64,000 bases of DNA. Origin: an uncultured Candidatus Rokubacteria bacterium. Its GTDB lineage: Bacteria > Methylomirabilota > Methylomirabilia > Rokubacteriales > DASRDR01. The stretch spans positions 181,215 to 245,214 of the forward strand of contig CAVPSB010000049.1 in assembly GCA_963708025.1 (NCBI GenBank). The letters run 5' to 3'. The notes below the pieces were generated by a model. The model had not been told where the DNA came from. It saw only the letters and a program-made list of their open reading frames with translations, and did no database searches. Of this stretch, positions 49,155-61,038 are shown piece by piece (position 1 is the stretch's first letter; each line of letters starts with the position of its first letter). A program made the translations under genes and the position numbers.

Positions 49155-51493
49155 GCCCCGGCGTGGTGGGCCGCCCCCTGCCCCACGAGAGCGCCGTGGG
49201 CCACGTGACCGGTCAGGCGCGCTACACCGGGGACCTGCCGGAGCCGCCGGGGCTGCTCCACGGCTGGCCGGTGATGGCCTCCCACGCGCGGGCCCGGGTC
49301 GTGGCGATCGACGGCGACGCGGCGCGTGCGACACCGGGCGTCGTCGCCGTCCTGACCGCCCGTGAGGTGCCGGGGGAGAACGACGTGGGGCCGGTGCGGC
49401 GCGACGAGCCCCTCTTCCCGGCCGAGGTCGTCTATCACGGCCAGGCCGTCGCCTGGGCCCTCGGCGAGTCGGAGGCGGCGGCGCGCCTCGGCGCCGGGCG
49501 CGTCGCGGTCGGCTACACGCCCCTTCCGGGAATCCTCACCCTGGACGAGGCCATCGCCCGCGAGAGCTACCACACCGAGACCCTCGTCATCCGCCGGGGG
49601 GACCCGGAGCGCGCCCTCGGCGAGACCGAGCGCGTCCTGAGCGGAGAGCTCCGGCTGGGCGGTCAGGACCACTTCTACCTGGAGCCCCACGTCGCCCTCG
49701 CCGACTTCGACGAGCAGGGCGAGCTGCTCGTGCACTCCTCGACCCAGCACCCGACGGACACCCAGGAGATCGTCGCCCGCGTCCTCGGGCTCGCCCGCCA
49801 CCAGGTGATCGTGCGGAGCCTCCGCATGGGCGGCGCCTTCGGCGGCAAGGAGGTCCAGGCCAACCCGTTCGCCGCGGTCGCGGCGCTCGGCGCCTGGACG
49901 ACGCGACGCCCGGTGCGCGTGCGGCTCAACCGCGACCAGGACATGATGCTCACCGGCAAGCGGCACCCCTTCCTCGCGCGCTTCCGCGTCGGGTTCGACG
50001 CCGAGGGCGAGCTGCTGGCCGTCGCGATCGAGCTGATCGCCGACGGCGGCTTCAGCCTCGACCTCTCCGAGGCCGTGCTCATGCGCGCCCTGTTCCACCT
50101 CGACAACGCCTACTACATCCCGCACCTCGAGGTCCGCGGCCGGGTCGCGAAGACCAACACCACCTCCCACACCGCCTTCCGCGGCTTCGGCGGACCGCAG
50201 GGCATGGTGGTCATCGAGGAGATCGTGGACCGCGTCGCCCGGACGCTCGGCCTCCCGCCGGAGGCCGTGCGCGAGCGGAACCTCTACCGCGGCCAGGGCG
50301 AGACGAACACGACGCACTACGGCCAGGAGATCGGGGACAACCGGCTCGCCCGCATCTGGAGCGACCTGGTGACGTCGAGCGAGCTCGAGCCGCGCCGGGC
50401 GGCGATCGCCGGCGCCAACGCGGGGAGGCGGCACGTCAAGCGCGGCCTCGCGATCACCCCGGTCAAGTTCGGCATCTCCTTCACCCTGACTCACCTCAAC
50501 CAGGCCGGCGCCCTGGTCCTCGTCTACCAGGACGGCACCGTCCAGGTGAACCACGGCGGCACCGAGATGGGCCAGGGCCTCCACACGAAGGTGTGGCAGG
50601 TCGCGGCCGAGAGCTCGGCGTGCCGCTCGAGCGCGTGCGCCTCATGCCGACCAGCACCGACAAGGTGCCCAACACCTCCGCCACCGCCGCCTCCAGCGGG
50701 TCGGACCTCAACGGCGCGGCGGTCCGGGCGGCCTGCGAGACGCTCAAGGCCCGCCTGGCCCCCGTCGCGGCGGCGCTCCTGGCCTCACGCCTCGGCCGTC
50801 CCGTCGACGCCGGCGAGCTGGTCTTCGCCGACGGCCGGGTGTCGGCGGGCGGCCGACCCCGGGACGGCGGTCGCGTTCGGCGAGGTGGCGCACCGGGCCT
50901 AGCAGGAGCGGATCAGCCTGTCGGCCACCGGCTTCTACGGGACGCCGGGCATCCACTACGACCGGCGCCCGGGGCCGCGGCCGGCCGTTCCACTACTACG
51001 CCTGCGGCGCCGCGGTGAGCGAGGTCGAGGTCGACGGGCTCACCGGCGAGCACCGCGTGCTGCGGGTGGACATCCTCCACGACGTCGGCGAGTCGCTCAA
51101 CCCGCGGTGGACCGCGGCCAGATCGAGGGCGGCTTCGTCCAGGGCATGGGCTGGCTGACCACGGAGGAGCTGGTCTGGGACCAGGAGGGCCGGCTCCTGA
51201 CCCACGGGCCGAGCACCTACAAGATCCCGCTCATCAGCGACGTGCCGGCCGCCTTCCACGTCCGCCTCCTGCCCCGGGCGGCGCAGGCGGGCGTCATCCA
51301 CGGCAGCAAGGCGGTGGGCGAGCCGCCGCTCATGCTGGCCATCTCCGTCCGCGAGGCGATCCGCGACGCCGTCGCCGCCTTCGGTGGCGGCGGCGAGGTG
51401 CCGCTCGCCTCCCCCGCCACGCCGGAGGCGATCCTCCTCGCGATCGAGGCGATCACCCGCCGGCCGGCGGCGGTCCTTCCGGCCCACGGCTGA
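49151..51493 (+). CDS. xdhB: Xanthine dehydrogenase molybdopterin subunit; several frameshifts and a TAG between ~50610 and ~51110
   Basis: [57 protein letters not shown] | [16 protein letters not shown] | [21 protein letters not shown]. Confidence 0.9.
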
Positions 51494-51510
51494 CCAAGCG
51501 TGCATCACTG

Positions 51511-52840
51511 CTACCTCGGATCGAAAGGCCCGGACGACGGGAGGGCCGAGCGGCCGTCGATGTAGACGCCCGCCACGTCACGCTCGCCGCCCAGGGTGAA
51601 GAGGGCGCCGAGGGCCGCCTCCGGCGAGGCGGCGTGGGCCAGCACCGTCGCCAGCGTGCTGCCGGCCGGCGGGGTGAGCAGGACGGCGTCCGCGCGCTTC
51701 CCCGGCGTGAAGTCGCCGATCTCGCCCTCGAGGCCGAGCGCCTCGGCCCCCGCGCGCGTCGCGAGGTAGAGGAGGTGGGCCGGCGCCAGGACGTCGCCGT
51801 CCGGGCGGAGCATCTGGGTCGCGTAGGCCCAGAGCCCCTCCTTCAGGAGGCTGAACCCGGTCCCGCCGCCCACGTCCGAGCCGAGCGCGACCCGCACGCC
51901 ATGGGCCCGGTGCCGGCGCAGCGGGAAGAGCCCGCTCCCGAGGAACGCGTTGCTCGACGGACAGTGGGCGACGCTCGCGCCGGCGGCCGCCAGGCGCGCC
52001 AGCTCGCCCTCGGTGGGGTGGAGGTCGTGGGCGAAGACGGAGCGGGGCCCGACGAGTCCGGACCGCTCGTAGACTGCGAGGTAGTCCGGCGCCCACTGGA
52101 AGCGGGCGTGGACCTCCTGGACCTCGTCGGGGGTCTCGTTGAGGTGGGTCTGGACGAGCAGGTCGGGCGCCGCGCGCAGCAGCGCCCCGGCAGCCTCCAG
52201 CAACGCCTCCGACGCGCTCACCGCGAAGCGCGGCGTCACCGCGTACCGGAGCCGGCCGTGGCCGTGCCAGCGGCGGATCAGCGCGAGGCTCGCCTCGTAG
52301 GCCCGGTCGGCCGCCAGGTGCAGCTCGGGCCGGAGCGCGCGGTCCGCGAGGACGAGCCCGCTGGCGACCCGGAGGCCGAGGGCCGCCGCCGTCTCGAACA
52401 GGATCGACTGGGCGGCCGGGAAGTGGGCCCCGAACACCAGGGCGGTCGTGGTGCCGTTCCGGAGCAGGCCGGCGAGGAACTCGCCGGCGACGGCCCGCGC
52501 GTGGCCGGGGTCGGCGAGCCGGGCCTCCTCGGGGAGCGCGTGGGCGGCGAGCCAGTCGAGCAGGCGGAAGCCCATGCCGCCGATCACGCGCACCTGGGGA
52601 TAGTGGACGTGGGCATCGACGAAGCCGGGGAGCAGGAAGCCCGGGCGGAGGTCCACGACCTCCGCGGCCGGCGCCGCCGCCCGCGTCTCGCCGAAGCCCC
52701 CGGCCGCCACGATGCGACCCTCCTGGACCACCAGGCCGCCGTCCGAGACCGCCTGGAGGGCGCCGCCGTTGACGAACGGGCTCCGCGGGGTGTGGCAGAG
52801 CGACGCCCGCAGGAGCAGCGGGCGGGCCGGGGCGTCACAC
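51511..52840 (-). CDS. guaD: Guanine deaminase
   Basis: PGFVDAHVHYPQ, LLDWL...PEE, NGTTTALVF, YAVTPRFA, QTHLNE, HCPSSNAFLGSG, GSDVGGGT; convergent with xdhAB. Start uncertain. Confidence 0.9.
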
Positions 52841-52857
52841 GGTGTACCGGGTCGGGC

Positions 52858-53174
52858 CTATCGCCCGATCGGATCGTTCGAGTGCCGCTGGCCCCGGTAC
52901 GCCCCCGGCTCGTAGATGTCCCGCTCGTCGCCGCCGTGCTGCCGGGCGATCTCGCCGGCCATCTCGCGGGGCACGACGATCGGTCCGGTCGGGGTGTTGA
53001 CGATGAGGTACGAGGCGGCCGGGGGTGCCGGCGGGCTCGTCGTGACCGTCTCCGGGGACCGCCGATCGGCCGCACCCCCTGGCTCCCCTCGCGCTGGCGC
53101 GCCGACGAGCAGGAGGCGACGAGCGCGATGGCGGCGAGGCTCGCTTCGAGACCGACGAGGCCGCGGCCCCTCAT
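52858..53174 (-). CDS. Small putative lipoprotein (frameshift near 53090)
   Basis: MRGRGLVGLEASLAAIALVASC lipobox-like; continuation SYLIVNTPTGPIVVPREMAGEIARQHGGDERDIYEPG in another frame. Confidence 0.45.
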
Positions 53175-53189
53175 GCCGGTCCTCCGGCC

Positions 53190-53957
53190 CTACCGGTCGG
53201 CGGCCAGCACGGCGACCGGGTAGGCGTAGCGGATCCGGTCGCCGTCGCGCTGGAGCGGGATGCCCAGCCGGTCGTCCTCGAGCGACGCGGCGAAGATCTC
53301 GCGGATGCGGTCGGCGTCCCCTGGCTTCGGGAACGAGCGCCCCAGCAGCTCCTCCAGCTCGCTCTCCAGGCGGTACGTCGTCCGGCGCGGAGGCGGGAAC
53401 GCCGTGTCCCGGAACAGCGCGGTCAGCTCGGTCAGGGGCATGGCGCGGACGTGAGATGGGTCGCGGAGGATCTCCATCCGGTTGAACTCGGCCGCCTTCG
53501 CCGGATCGGGGGAGGCCTCGGTGTCCACGACCAGCACCCGACCGCCCGGTGCGCACACCCGCCGCATCTCGGACAGGACCGCGCGCGGGTCCTGGAAATG
53601 GTGGAAGGCGAAGCGGCTGGTCACGATCGAGAAGGCGCCGTCGGGGTACGGCAGCGGCAGGACGTCGCCGAGGCGCCAGGTGACGTTCGTCAGCCCCCGC
53701 TCCTGCTGGGTGGCCCGGGCCCGGTCCAGCATGGCCGGCGTCAGGTCGATGCCGGTCGCGTGCCGCACGACCCGGGCGAACGCGCAGACGACGAGACCGG
53801 GCCCGCACGCCACGTCGAGCACGGTGTCCTCTGGCCCGGCGCCGACGAACGTGACCATGAGCCGCAGCGCCTCTTCGTTGTTGATCCCGGCGGCGGTGGC
53901 GAACGGCACCGCCTGCCGGGTGAACTGGTCGAGGATCTGCTCGCGATGGTCCGACAC
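53190..53957 (-). CDS. Class I SAM-dependent methyltransferase (UbiE-like)
   Basis: VLDVACGPG, GIDLTPAML, LPYPDGAFSIV, RFAFHHF. Confidence 0.92.
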   Translation of the reverse strand: MSDHREQILDQFTRQAVPFATAAGINNEEALRLMVTFVGAGPEDTVLDVACGPGLVVCAFARVVRHATGIDLTPAMLDRARATQQERGLTNVTWRLGDVLPLPYPDGAFSIVTSRFAFHHFQDPRAVLSEMRRVCAPGGRVLVVDTEASPDPAKAAEFNRMEILRDPSHVRAMPLTELTALFRDTAFPPPRRTTYRLESELEELLGRSFPKPGDADRIREIFAASLEDDRLGIPLQRDGDRIRYAYPVAVLAADR

Positions 53958-54049
53958 CCTGGCCTCCCCTGGCGACCCCTGGTCTCGCGCGTTGGATTCC
54001 GGCGAATCGCCTGCTGCCCGGGACTCTACGGCCTGGGCCGGCCAGCGTC

Positions 54050-54141
54050 AACCAGCCGTGCTCCCCCTCGAACGGTTCGACGAGGCCTACCGCCTCGCCC
54101 GGGGCGGTCCCGGCGTCATCAAGGTCGTCCTGGAGGTCTGA
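54050..54141 (+). pseudogene. C-terminal remnant of a zinc-binding (MDR) dehydrogenase
   Basis: VLPLERFDEAYRLARGGPGVIKVVLEV* resembles the MDR terminus; no upstream part. Confidence 0.5.
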
Positions 54142-54324
54142 TCGGCGGGGCGCTGCAAGATCGGGCACTTCGAGGCGATGCCCCGTCGTCCCTGTCAGAC
54201 CGGCCGGGGTGCGCCAGGGGCACCGGGGGCCCCCCGCCAGAGCTCCCTCCATACCTTGCGTTTGGCGGGCCAGGCGCGGTACCCTCAACGGCACTCACAG
54301 TGCGTTTGATCGGGGGAGGTCTCG

Positions 54325-54540
54325 ATGGACCCATGGCTCGCGGAAACCCTCCTGGACGTGGTCGCAGCGATCCTGCTGGGCGTGACCACGCTCTGGATTC
54401 TCCGGGGCCTGTTCCAGGCGTTCGGCAGCGGCGCCGCGCGCCCCGGCTCGCTCGCCGAGCGTCGTCCGTCACCCCGGCCCGCGTCCCCGCCCCCGGCCGA
54501 GCTCTCGGCCGCCGACCGCACCGGCACTCGTCCTCGGTAG
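54325..54540 (+). CDS. Small single-TM hypothetical protein
   Basis: RBS GGAGG; TM LLDVVAAILLGVTTLWILRGLF. Confidence 0.55.
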   Translation: MDPWLAETLLDVVAAILLGVTTLWILRGLFQAFGSGAARPGSLAERRPSPRPASPPPAELSAADRTGTRPR

Positions 54541-54694
54541 GTCTCCGGGCGCCGACCCGGAGCTGATCCCCGCTCCGCCAGCCTGGAGGCGCTCGCCCTC
54601 CCCCCGACGCACCGGGGGCCCGACCCCGAGTCTCACATCCTGCTTGCCCGTCCGGGTGGACCCGGCTAGGTTCCTTCAAGCGCCTAAGTCAATC

Positions 54695-54862
54695 GCCGAT
54701 GAGTCAAGTTCTCGTGGGCGGGGCCGAGGAGCGAGCAGCGCTAGGACGCAGGGAGTCGCCGACCGCAGGCGTACTCCTCGTACGCCGAGGATCGGCGACG
54801 ACCCCAAAGGCCGAAGGCCGTCCGAACAGCGACGCGATGCGACGCTCATCGGCCCCGCCCAC
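54695..54862 (-). repeat. Structured intergenic repeat (family A, copy 2)
   Basis: The reverse complement aligns with 6668-6935; outer IR 54714-54733/54843-54862; inner hairpin GGCGTAC-GAGGA-GTACGCC; identical flank AACTTGACTCATCGGC. Confidence 0.85.
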
Positions 54863-55722
54863 TAGCCCTTGACGCTGCCGGCGGTGAGCCCCTCCACCAT
54901 GTACTTCTGGAGGTAGATGTAGGCGGCGATGACCGGCAGGGTCGTGAGCACGGCGCCGGCCATCAGGTAGCCCCAGCCGTAGACGTCGCCGGTGATGAAG
55001 GAGGAGAGCCCGACCGGGAGCGTCCGGAGCTTCACGTTGGTGATGAACACCAGCGCGTAGAGGAACTCGTTCCAGGCCTGGGTGAAGGCGTAGAGCGCGG
55101 CGGCCAGCAGGCCGGGGGCGGCCAGCGGGAGCACGATCCGCCAGAAGGCGCCGAACCGGGTGGCGCCGTCGATCATGGCCGACTCCTCGAGCTCCTCGGG
55201 GATCGACTCGAAGTACCCCATGAGCAGCCAGGTCACGAAGGGCACCGTGAAGCTCGGATAGGTGACGATCAGACCGGCCAGGCTGTCGGCCAGCCCCAGG
55301 TTCCGGATCTGGGCGTAGAGCGGGATGAACAGGATCGAGGGCGGCACCAGGTAGGTGATGAGGACCGCGCTGGCCATGACCGCCCGTCCGCGGAAGCGGA
55401 GACGGGCCAGCGCGTAGGCGCCGAGGGTGCCCACCGCGGTGGCCAGGAACGTGCTGCTCACGGAGACGACGATGCTGTTCCGGTACCAGCCCAGGAACTC
55501 GGTCTTGCCGAGGAGGTGCTCGTAGTTGTCCCCGGCGAAGGGGCTCGGCCAGAACATCGAGACCACGCTCCGCATCTGGGTCTCGCTCTTGAAGGACGTG
55601 ATCGTCATCCAGTAGAACGGGAAGACGACGATCAGGACCAGCGCGAGCAGGAACGCGTAGGTGGCCGCCGACTGCAGGCGCCCGATCGCGACCGCCCGCC
55701 TCCCCCGCCCGCCGGCGCTCAT
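54862..55722 (-). CDS. Carbohydrate ABC permease (MalG type)
   Basis: FPFYWMTITSFK, AYALARLRF, IPEELEESAMIDGA, AWNEFLYAL. Confidence 0.95.
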   Translation of the reverse strand: MSAGGRGRRAVAIGRLQSAATYAFLLALVLIVVFPFYWMTITSFKSETQMRSVVSMFWPSPFAGDNYEHLLGKTEFLGWYRNSIVVSVSSTFLATAVGTLGAYALARLRFRGRAVMASAVLITYLVPPSILFIPLYAQIRNLGLADSLAGLIVTYPSFTVPFVTWLLMGYFESIPEELEESAMIDGATRFGAFWRIVLPLAAPGLLAAALYAFTQAWNEFLYALVFITNVKLRTLPVGLSSFITGDVYGWGYLMAGAVLTTLPVIAAYIYLQKYMVEGLTAGSVKG

Positions 55723-56698
55723 CGCGTCCTCTCCGGCGTCACCGGGCCCGGCTCCGCTGCATGTAGCGCGCCAGCACGATGATGACGAGGGCCAGCGCCG
55801 GCAGCATGTAGAGCGCGACCGCGATGGCCTCCCCCAGGCGCTGGGCCCCGAACGCGATCTCGTAGGTCAGCACCGGCAGCACCTGGGTGGCCCCGCCCGG
55901 CCCCCCCTTGGTCAGGATGTAGATGATGGCGAAGTCGTTGAAGGTCCAGATCGTCGAGAGCAGCACGACGATGATGACGATGTTCCGGATGCCGGGGAGG
56001 GTGACGTGCCGGAACCGCTGGCGGGCGGTGGCGCCGTCCACCGCCGCCGCCTCGTAGAGCTCTCCGGGGATGGCCTTCATGCCGGCCAGGAAGCTGACCC
56101 CGAAGAACGGGAAGCCGCGCCACACGTTCACCGCGATCACCGACGCCATGGCCGTGCCCGGCTCGCTGAGCCAGCCCACGCCGGTCGGCAGGATGCGGAA
56201 GACCTTGACCAGGAGATAGTTGAGGACCCCCAGGCTGTAGTCGTAGATCCACAGGAAGTTCAGCGCGGAGACCACGGTGGGCGCCACCCACGGGATCAGC
56301 AGCACGCCCGTCCAGAAGCCCCGCCAGCGGATGTGCGAGCTGAGCACGAGCGCCATGCCCATGCCCAGGACCAGCTTGACGGCGACCGAGGCGAACGTGA
56401 AGGTGAAGCTGTTGGCGACGGCGCGCCGGAAGAACCCGTCGAAGGTGAGGCGGACGTAGTTCTCGAACCCGATGAACACGGGCGGCATGCCCACGTACTT
56501 GCGGGTGAGGCTGAGGTAGACGGCATAGCCGAAGGGATAGGCGACCAGCGCGAGGACGAGGAGGACGATCGGCAGGACGAACAGGAAGCCGAGGCGGTAG
56601 TCGGGCCCGAGCACGCGCGCGAGCCCGGCCCGCCCCGGTCGGCCCGGGATCCGGAGCGCGGCCTCCTTCGGGCGAAGCTCGATCGCGGTCGTGGGCAT
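55719..56698 (-). CDS. Carbohydrate ABC permease (MalF type)
   Basis: FIGFENY, LLIPWVAPTVV, NVWRGFPF, ELYEAAAVDGA, TKGGPGGAT; possible indel at the extreme 3' end. Confidence 0.93.
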
Positions 56699-56849
56699 GG
56701 GAGGCGCGCCCGCTCCCCTAAATCAGGCGTCCGTCCGACTATGTCGTGTCGAGTGTCGTGCCATGTGGGCCATGGACAGCCTCCGAGCGGCGGCTTCGCC
56801 GCCGCCACGACGGGGGGTCGGGGGGGTCTTCCGAGACTCCCCGAAGGAC

Positions 56850-58214
56850 CTAGGCCCGGCTGCGGATCTTGTGGATCTCCTCCACCCGCGCGTGCGCCTC
56901 CTTGAGGGCCTGCTCGGCCGTGAGCCCGCCCACCACGACGCGACCGGCCATGTCGGTGAGGATCTTCTGGCCCTGCACCTCGGCGGCCGCCGGCGTCATG
57001 GGCCCCGGGTAGCCGATGTTCACGCAGCGGAGGATGTTCTGGAGGATCGCGTCGAAGTTCGGGTCGGACTTCCAGTAGGGATTGTCCACCCGTCCCTTGT
57101 AGACGGGGCCGGCCTGCCCGGTGGAGGCGTTGACGTACTCGGCGAAGCGCTTCTCGTCCTCCACCCAGCGGATCAGGTCCTCGCAGAGGTCGGCCCGCTG
57201 GGTCTTCTGGAAGACCGCCCAGTTGTAGCAGCTCGATCCGACGAAGCTCCCGGCGGGACCGCCCGGGGTGAGGACCAGGAGGGTCTTCGGCGTCAGCTCG
57301 TGCTTGCGGTTCACCATGGCGTAGTAGAGGCTCGCCCCGTTGTTGGTCGTGACGAGCTTCCCGGCCATGTAGGCCTCGTTGTTCGACACGTCGGTCCAGC
57401 CCATGACCCCCGGCGGCTGGATCTTGTGCTTCTGGATCGTGTTGACGGCGAACTGGAGGGCCGCCAGGTTCGGCTTGAGGAGGCTGCTGGCCAGGGCCGG
57501 CTTCCCGTCCTTGTCCCAGACGCCCCCGCCGTAGTCCCAGAGGATGTTCTGCATGAACCCGTCGCCGTCGTCGGAGCGGTTCAGCGTCTGGCCGAAGCCC
57601 CACAGGTCCTGCGACGGATCCTGGGTCTTCCGGGCGAACTCCACGACGTCCGGGTCGTAGACCTTGGGCGGCTTGAGCCCCTTGGCCTCCATGACGTCCT
57701 TGCGGATGAAGAACACCGTGGTCATCGAGTAGCGGGCGACGGCGAGGAACTTGCCGTCGAACTGCATCAACCGCTCGGCGAACGGGAGCAGCCCGCCCCG
57801 GGCGGCCGCGATCTCGGTCGCGACCTTGCTCACGTCGCGCAGGGCCGCCTTGTAGCGCATGGGCCCGTAGAGGTTCATCTCGGCGAGGTCCGGCGGATTC
57901 CCGGCTTCGATCGCCGCCACGAACTTCTGCTCCCGGTCGCCGAAGGTCGCCCAGTCCAGCTCGACCTCGACGGACCGCTCCTTGGCCCACGCCTCGACGT
58001 GCCGGGTGAGGACGTCGTTGGCCGCGGTGACGAAGCTCTTGAACAGCCACACGCGGAGCTTGGCCTTGGGCTGGGCGGACGCCATGGAGCGAAGCACGTG
58101 GAGCCCGGCGGCGGCGCTCCCGGTGATGGCGGCCGCCCGGCGCAGGAACTCTCGCCGGCCGATGCGCCCGGCGGCCAACTCCTCGGCGACGCTGCGGAGA
58201 CGCTGGTCAGTCAT
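56850..58214 (-). CDS. Carbohydrate-type ABC substrate-binding protein, Tat signal
   Basis: GRREFLRR; AAIEAGNPPDL; upstream of two sugar permeases. Confidence 0.9.
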   Translation of the reverse strand: MTDQRLRSVAEELAAGRIGRREFLRRAAAITGSAAAGLHVLRSMASAQPKAKLRVWLFKSFVTAANDVLTRHVEAWAKERSVEVELDWATFGDREQKFVAAIEAGNPPDLAEMNLYGPMRYKAALRDVSKVATEIAAARGGLLPFAERLMQFDGKFLAVARYSMTTVFFIRKDVMEAKGLKPPKVYDPDVVEFARKTQDPSQDLWGFGQTLNRSDDGDGFMQNILWDYGGGVWDKDGKPALASSLLKPNLAALQFAVNTIQKHKIQPPGVMGWTDVSNNEAYMAGKLVTTNNGASLYYAMVNRKHELTPKTLLVLTPGGPAGSFVGSSCYNWAVFQKTQRADLCEDLIRWVEDEKRFAEYVNASTGQAGPVYKGRVDNPYWKSDPNFDAILQNILRCVNIGYPGPMTPAAAEVQGQKILTDMAGRVVVGGLTAEQALKEAHARVEEIHKIRSRA

Positions 58215-58457
58215 GGAGCCTCCCGGGCGCGGGGTCGGCTGGCCCCGGCCCGCCGGTCGTGCGGTTCTCCCGGCTCGCCTCGCCGGGCTGGATGGGGACC
58301 GGCTGATGGCTGAGCATCGGGTGGAACTCTCTGCGCGAGCGCTCGGTCGGATCGGGACCGGTCAGCGAGCGATCAGGTCGACGCTCCGACCCTCGGCAAA
58401 TCCGAGGATGCGCCCGCCGCCGCGCCCCTGTCAAGAGCGATGCCCCCCCGAACGGAT

Positions 58458-58876
58458 CTAGCGGGGCGGCTTGCGGAAGAGGTCGTCGAGCGCGCGGCGG
58501 GCGTCGGCGGGGCGCACGGAGCTGGCGAGGCGTCGCGCTCGACCGTCACCCGGCGCGTGAACTCCGGGCAGTCGTTGGCCCCCGCCTTGTCGACGATCCG
58601 CTCGGGGATCGGCCGGGCGCACTCGAAGCGGCGGCCGGGATCGAAGTGGCCGCACTGCCTACAGGCGCGAAGGGCCGCGCCGCACGTCGGGCAGGCGCCG
58701 GTCGGGCCCGCCCCCGGCGCGAGCCGCGTCCCGCACTCGGCGCAGCGCCACACCGAAAGCGGGCCGAGGACGGGCCCGCCGGGCGGCCCCGGCGAGCCTG
58801 ACCGCTCGGGCTTCGCCCCGGCGTCACCACGTCCGGTGTCCTGATAGCCCCGCTGCCGGTACCGTCGGTCGTTCAC
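58458..58876 (-). CDS. Small cysteine-rich zinc-ribbon protein (frameshift near 58525)
   Basis: CAECG, CPTCG, CRQCGHFD, ECARP, NDCPEF; C-terminus DARRALDDLFRK in the adjacent frame. Confidence 0.7.
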
Positions 58877-59147
58877 GGGCCCAGTGTACCGCGACCGCAG
58901 GGCGATGGGGACGCAACTTCGGCGGCTGCCGACCTCGATCGGCCTCGCCGCGCTCGGCGCCGGCGCGGCCGGCGCCGCCCTGGCCCCTCCCTACCCTCCA
59001 CCTGGCGCGGGCCACGCCGGGTCGGCTATGCTCCCTGACACGAAGACGCGGGCGCTGCCGGAAGCCGAGCGCTGGCAGCTCCTGCCCTCCTCCAACCCCT
59101 CGGGCGAGCGCAGGGAGACCAGGCGTCAACCTGCCGTGGAGGCGACC

Positions 59148-60958
59148 ATGGATGAGCGCGAGCTCCGCGAGTGGATCGGGCAGGTTCAGGACCGGCACGC
59201 TGAGCCGCCGCCGGTTCACGCAGATGATGGTCGGCCTGGGGCTCACCGCTCCGATGGCGGCCCAGATGCTGGATTGGTCGGGGGCTGGGGTCGGGACCGC
59301 CCGGGCCCAGACCCGGCCGGCCTTCACGCCGACCCAGCGGGGCGGCGGGGGCCCGCTCCGGCTGCTCTGGTGGCAGGCCCCGACGCTCCTGAACCCCCAC
59401 TTCGCCATCGGCACCAAGGACCAGGACGGCTCGCGGCTCTTCTACGAGCCGCTGGCGGCCTTCGACCCCGACGGAAACCTCGTCCCGGTCCTGGCCGAGG
59501 AGGTCCCCAGCCTCCAGAACGGCGCCGTCGCGAAGGACGGCCGCTCCGTCACGTGGAAGCTCAAGCACGGGGTCCTCTGGCACGACGGCCGGCCCTTCAC
59601 GGCTGATGACGTCGTCTTCAACTGGGAGTACGCCGCCGATCCCGCCACGGCGGGAACCACGATCGGCTCCTACCGGGATATCGAGCGCGTCGAGAAGCTC
59701 GACAGCCACACGGTGCGGATCGCCTTCGCGAAGCCGAAGCCCTTCTGGTCAGAGCCGTTTTGCGGCAACCGGGGGATGATCATCCCCAAGCACCTCTTCG
59801 AGGCGTACAAGGGCGCCAAGTCGCGCGAGGCCCCGACCAACCTGAAGCCGGTCGGGACCGGCCCCTACCGGCTGGTCGACTTCAAGCCCGGCGACGTCGT
59901 CCGGGCCGAGATCAACCCGGCCTACCACGTCCCGAACCGGCCGTTCTTCGACCAGCTCGAGATGAAGGGCGGCGGCGACGCGGTCTCGGCCGCCCGCGCC
60001 GTGATCCAGACCGGGGAGTTCGACTACGCCTGGAACATGCAGGTGGAGGACGAGATCCTGCAGCGGATGGAGCAGGGCGGCAAGGGCCGGGTGAACGTCG
60101 CCCCGGGGTCGAGCGTCGAGCACATCCAGCTCAACCAGGCGGACCCGTGGCGAGAGGTGGACGGCGAGCGCTCCAGCGTGAAGTCGGCCCATCCATTCCT
60201 CACCGACCCGGCGGTGCGCGGCGCGGTGCAGCTCTTGGTCGACCGGGGCTCCGTCCAGGAGCAGATCTACGGGCGGCTCGGCCAGGCCACCGCGAACTTC
60301 CTCAACGCCCCGCCGCGCGTCCGCTCCACCAACACGCGGTGGGAGTTCAACCCGGACAAGGCGAACCAGATCCTCGACGCCGCCGGCTGGAAGCGCGGCG
60401 CCGACGGCGTCCGGAGCAAGGACGGCAAGCGCCTGAAGGTCCTCTACCAGACCTCGGTCAACGCGCCCCGGCAGAAGACCCAGGCCATCGTCAAGCAGGC
60501 CCTGACCCGGGCCGGCTTCGAGGTCGAGCTGAAGTCGGTCGTGGCGTCCGTGTACTTCTCCTCGGACCCCGGGAACCCCGACACGTACCGCCAGTTCAAC
60601 GCCGACATCCAGATGTACACCACCGGCCCCGACGCGCCCGGACGCCCAGGCCTTCATGGAGCGGTTCGTCTCCTGGGACATCGCGTCGAAGGCGAACAAG
60701 TGGCAGGGCCAGAACGTCGTCCGGTGGCGCAGCGAGGAGTACGACCGGCTCTGGCGGGCGGCCGAGACGGAGCTCGACCCGGTGAAGCGGTCCGCCCTGT
60801 TCATCCGCATGAACGACCTGGTGATCCAGAACGCGGTCGTCGTCCCGCTGCTCTGGCGGAGCGGGGTGTCCGCCGTCTCCAGCAAGCTGCGGAACGCCGA
60901 CAGCTCCCCCTGGGACTCGGACCTCTGGCGCCTCGCCTCCTGGTACCGGGAGGCCTGA
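59148..60958 (+). CDS. Peptide ABC substrate-binding protein (family 5), Tat signal; frameshifts near 59190 and 60640
   Basis: MDERELREWIGQV | LSRRRFTQ, LWWQAPTLLNPHFAIGTKDQ, WHDGRPFTADDVVF, PVGTGPY | WDSDLWRLASWYREA*. Confidence 0.9.
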
Positions 60959-60991
60959 GGTTCCAACTCAGAAGGTGCCCGTCCGGAGACG

Positions 60992-61019
60992 AACGAGGGG
61001 GGCCCGGGCCCCCCTCGTT
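60992..61019. terminator. Perfect palindrome between convergent genes (bidirectional terminator candidate)
   Basis: AACGAGGGGGGCCCGGGCCCCCCTCGTT. Confidence 0.55.
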
Positions 61020-61038
61020 GCCGCTTGGCCGGACCTCC

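Noticed and set aside
50900-50902. In-frame TAG in xdhB as possible pyrrolysine or readthrough
   Set aside because: It lies in a stretch with several indels and no pyl genes are seen; a base-call error is more likely.
56748-56764. TGGCAC on the minus strand as a sigma-54 promoter
   Set aside because: No GC at the -12 position, and it lies inside an operon.
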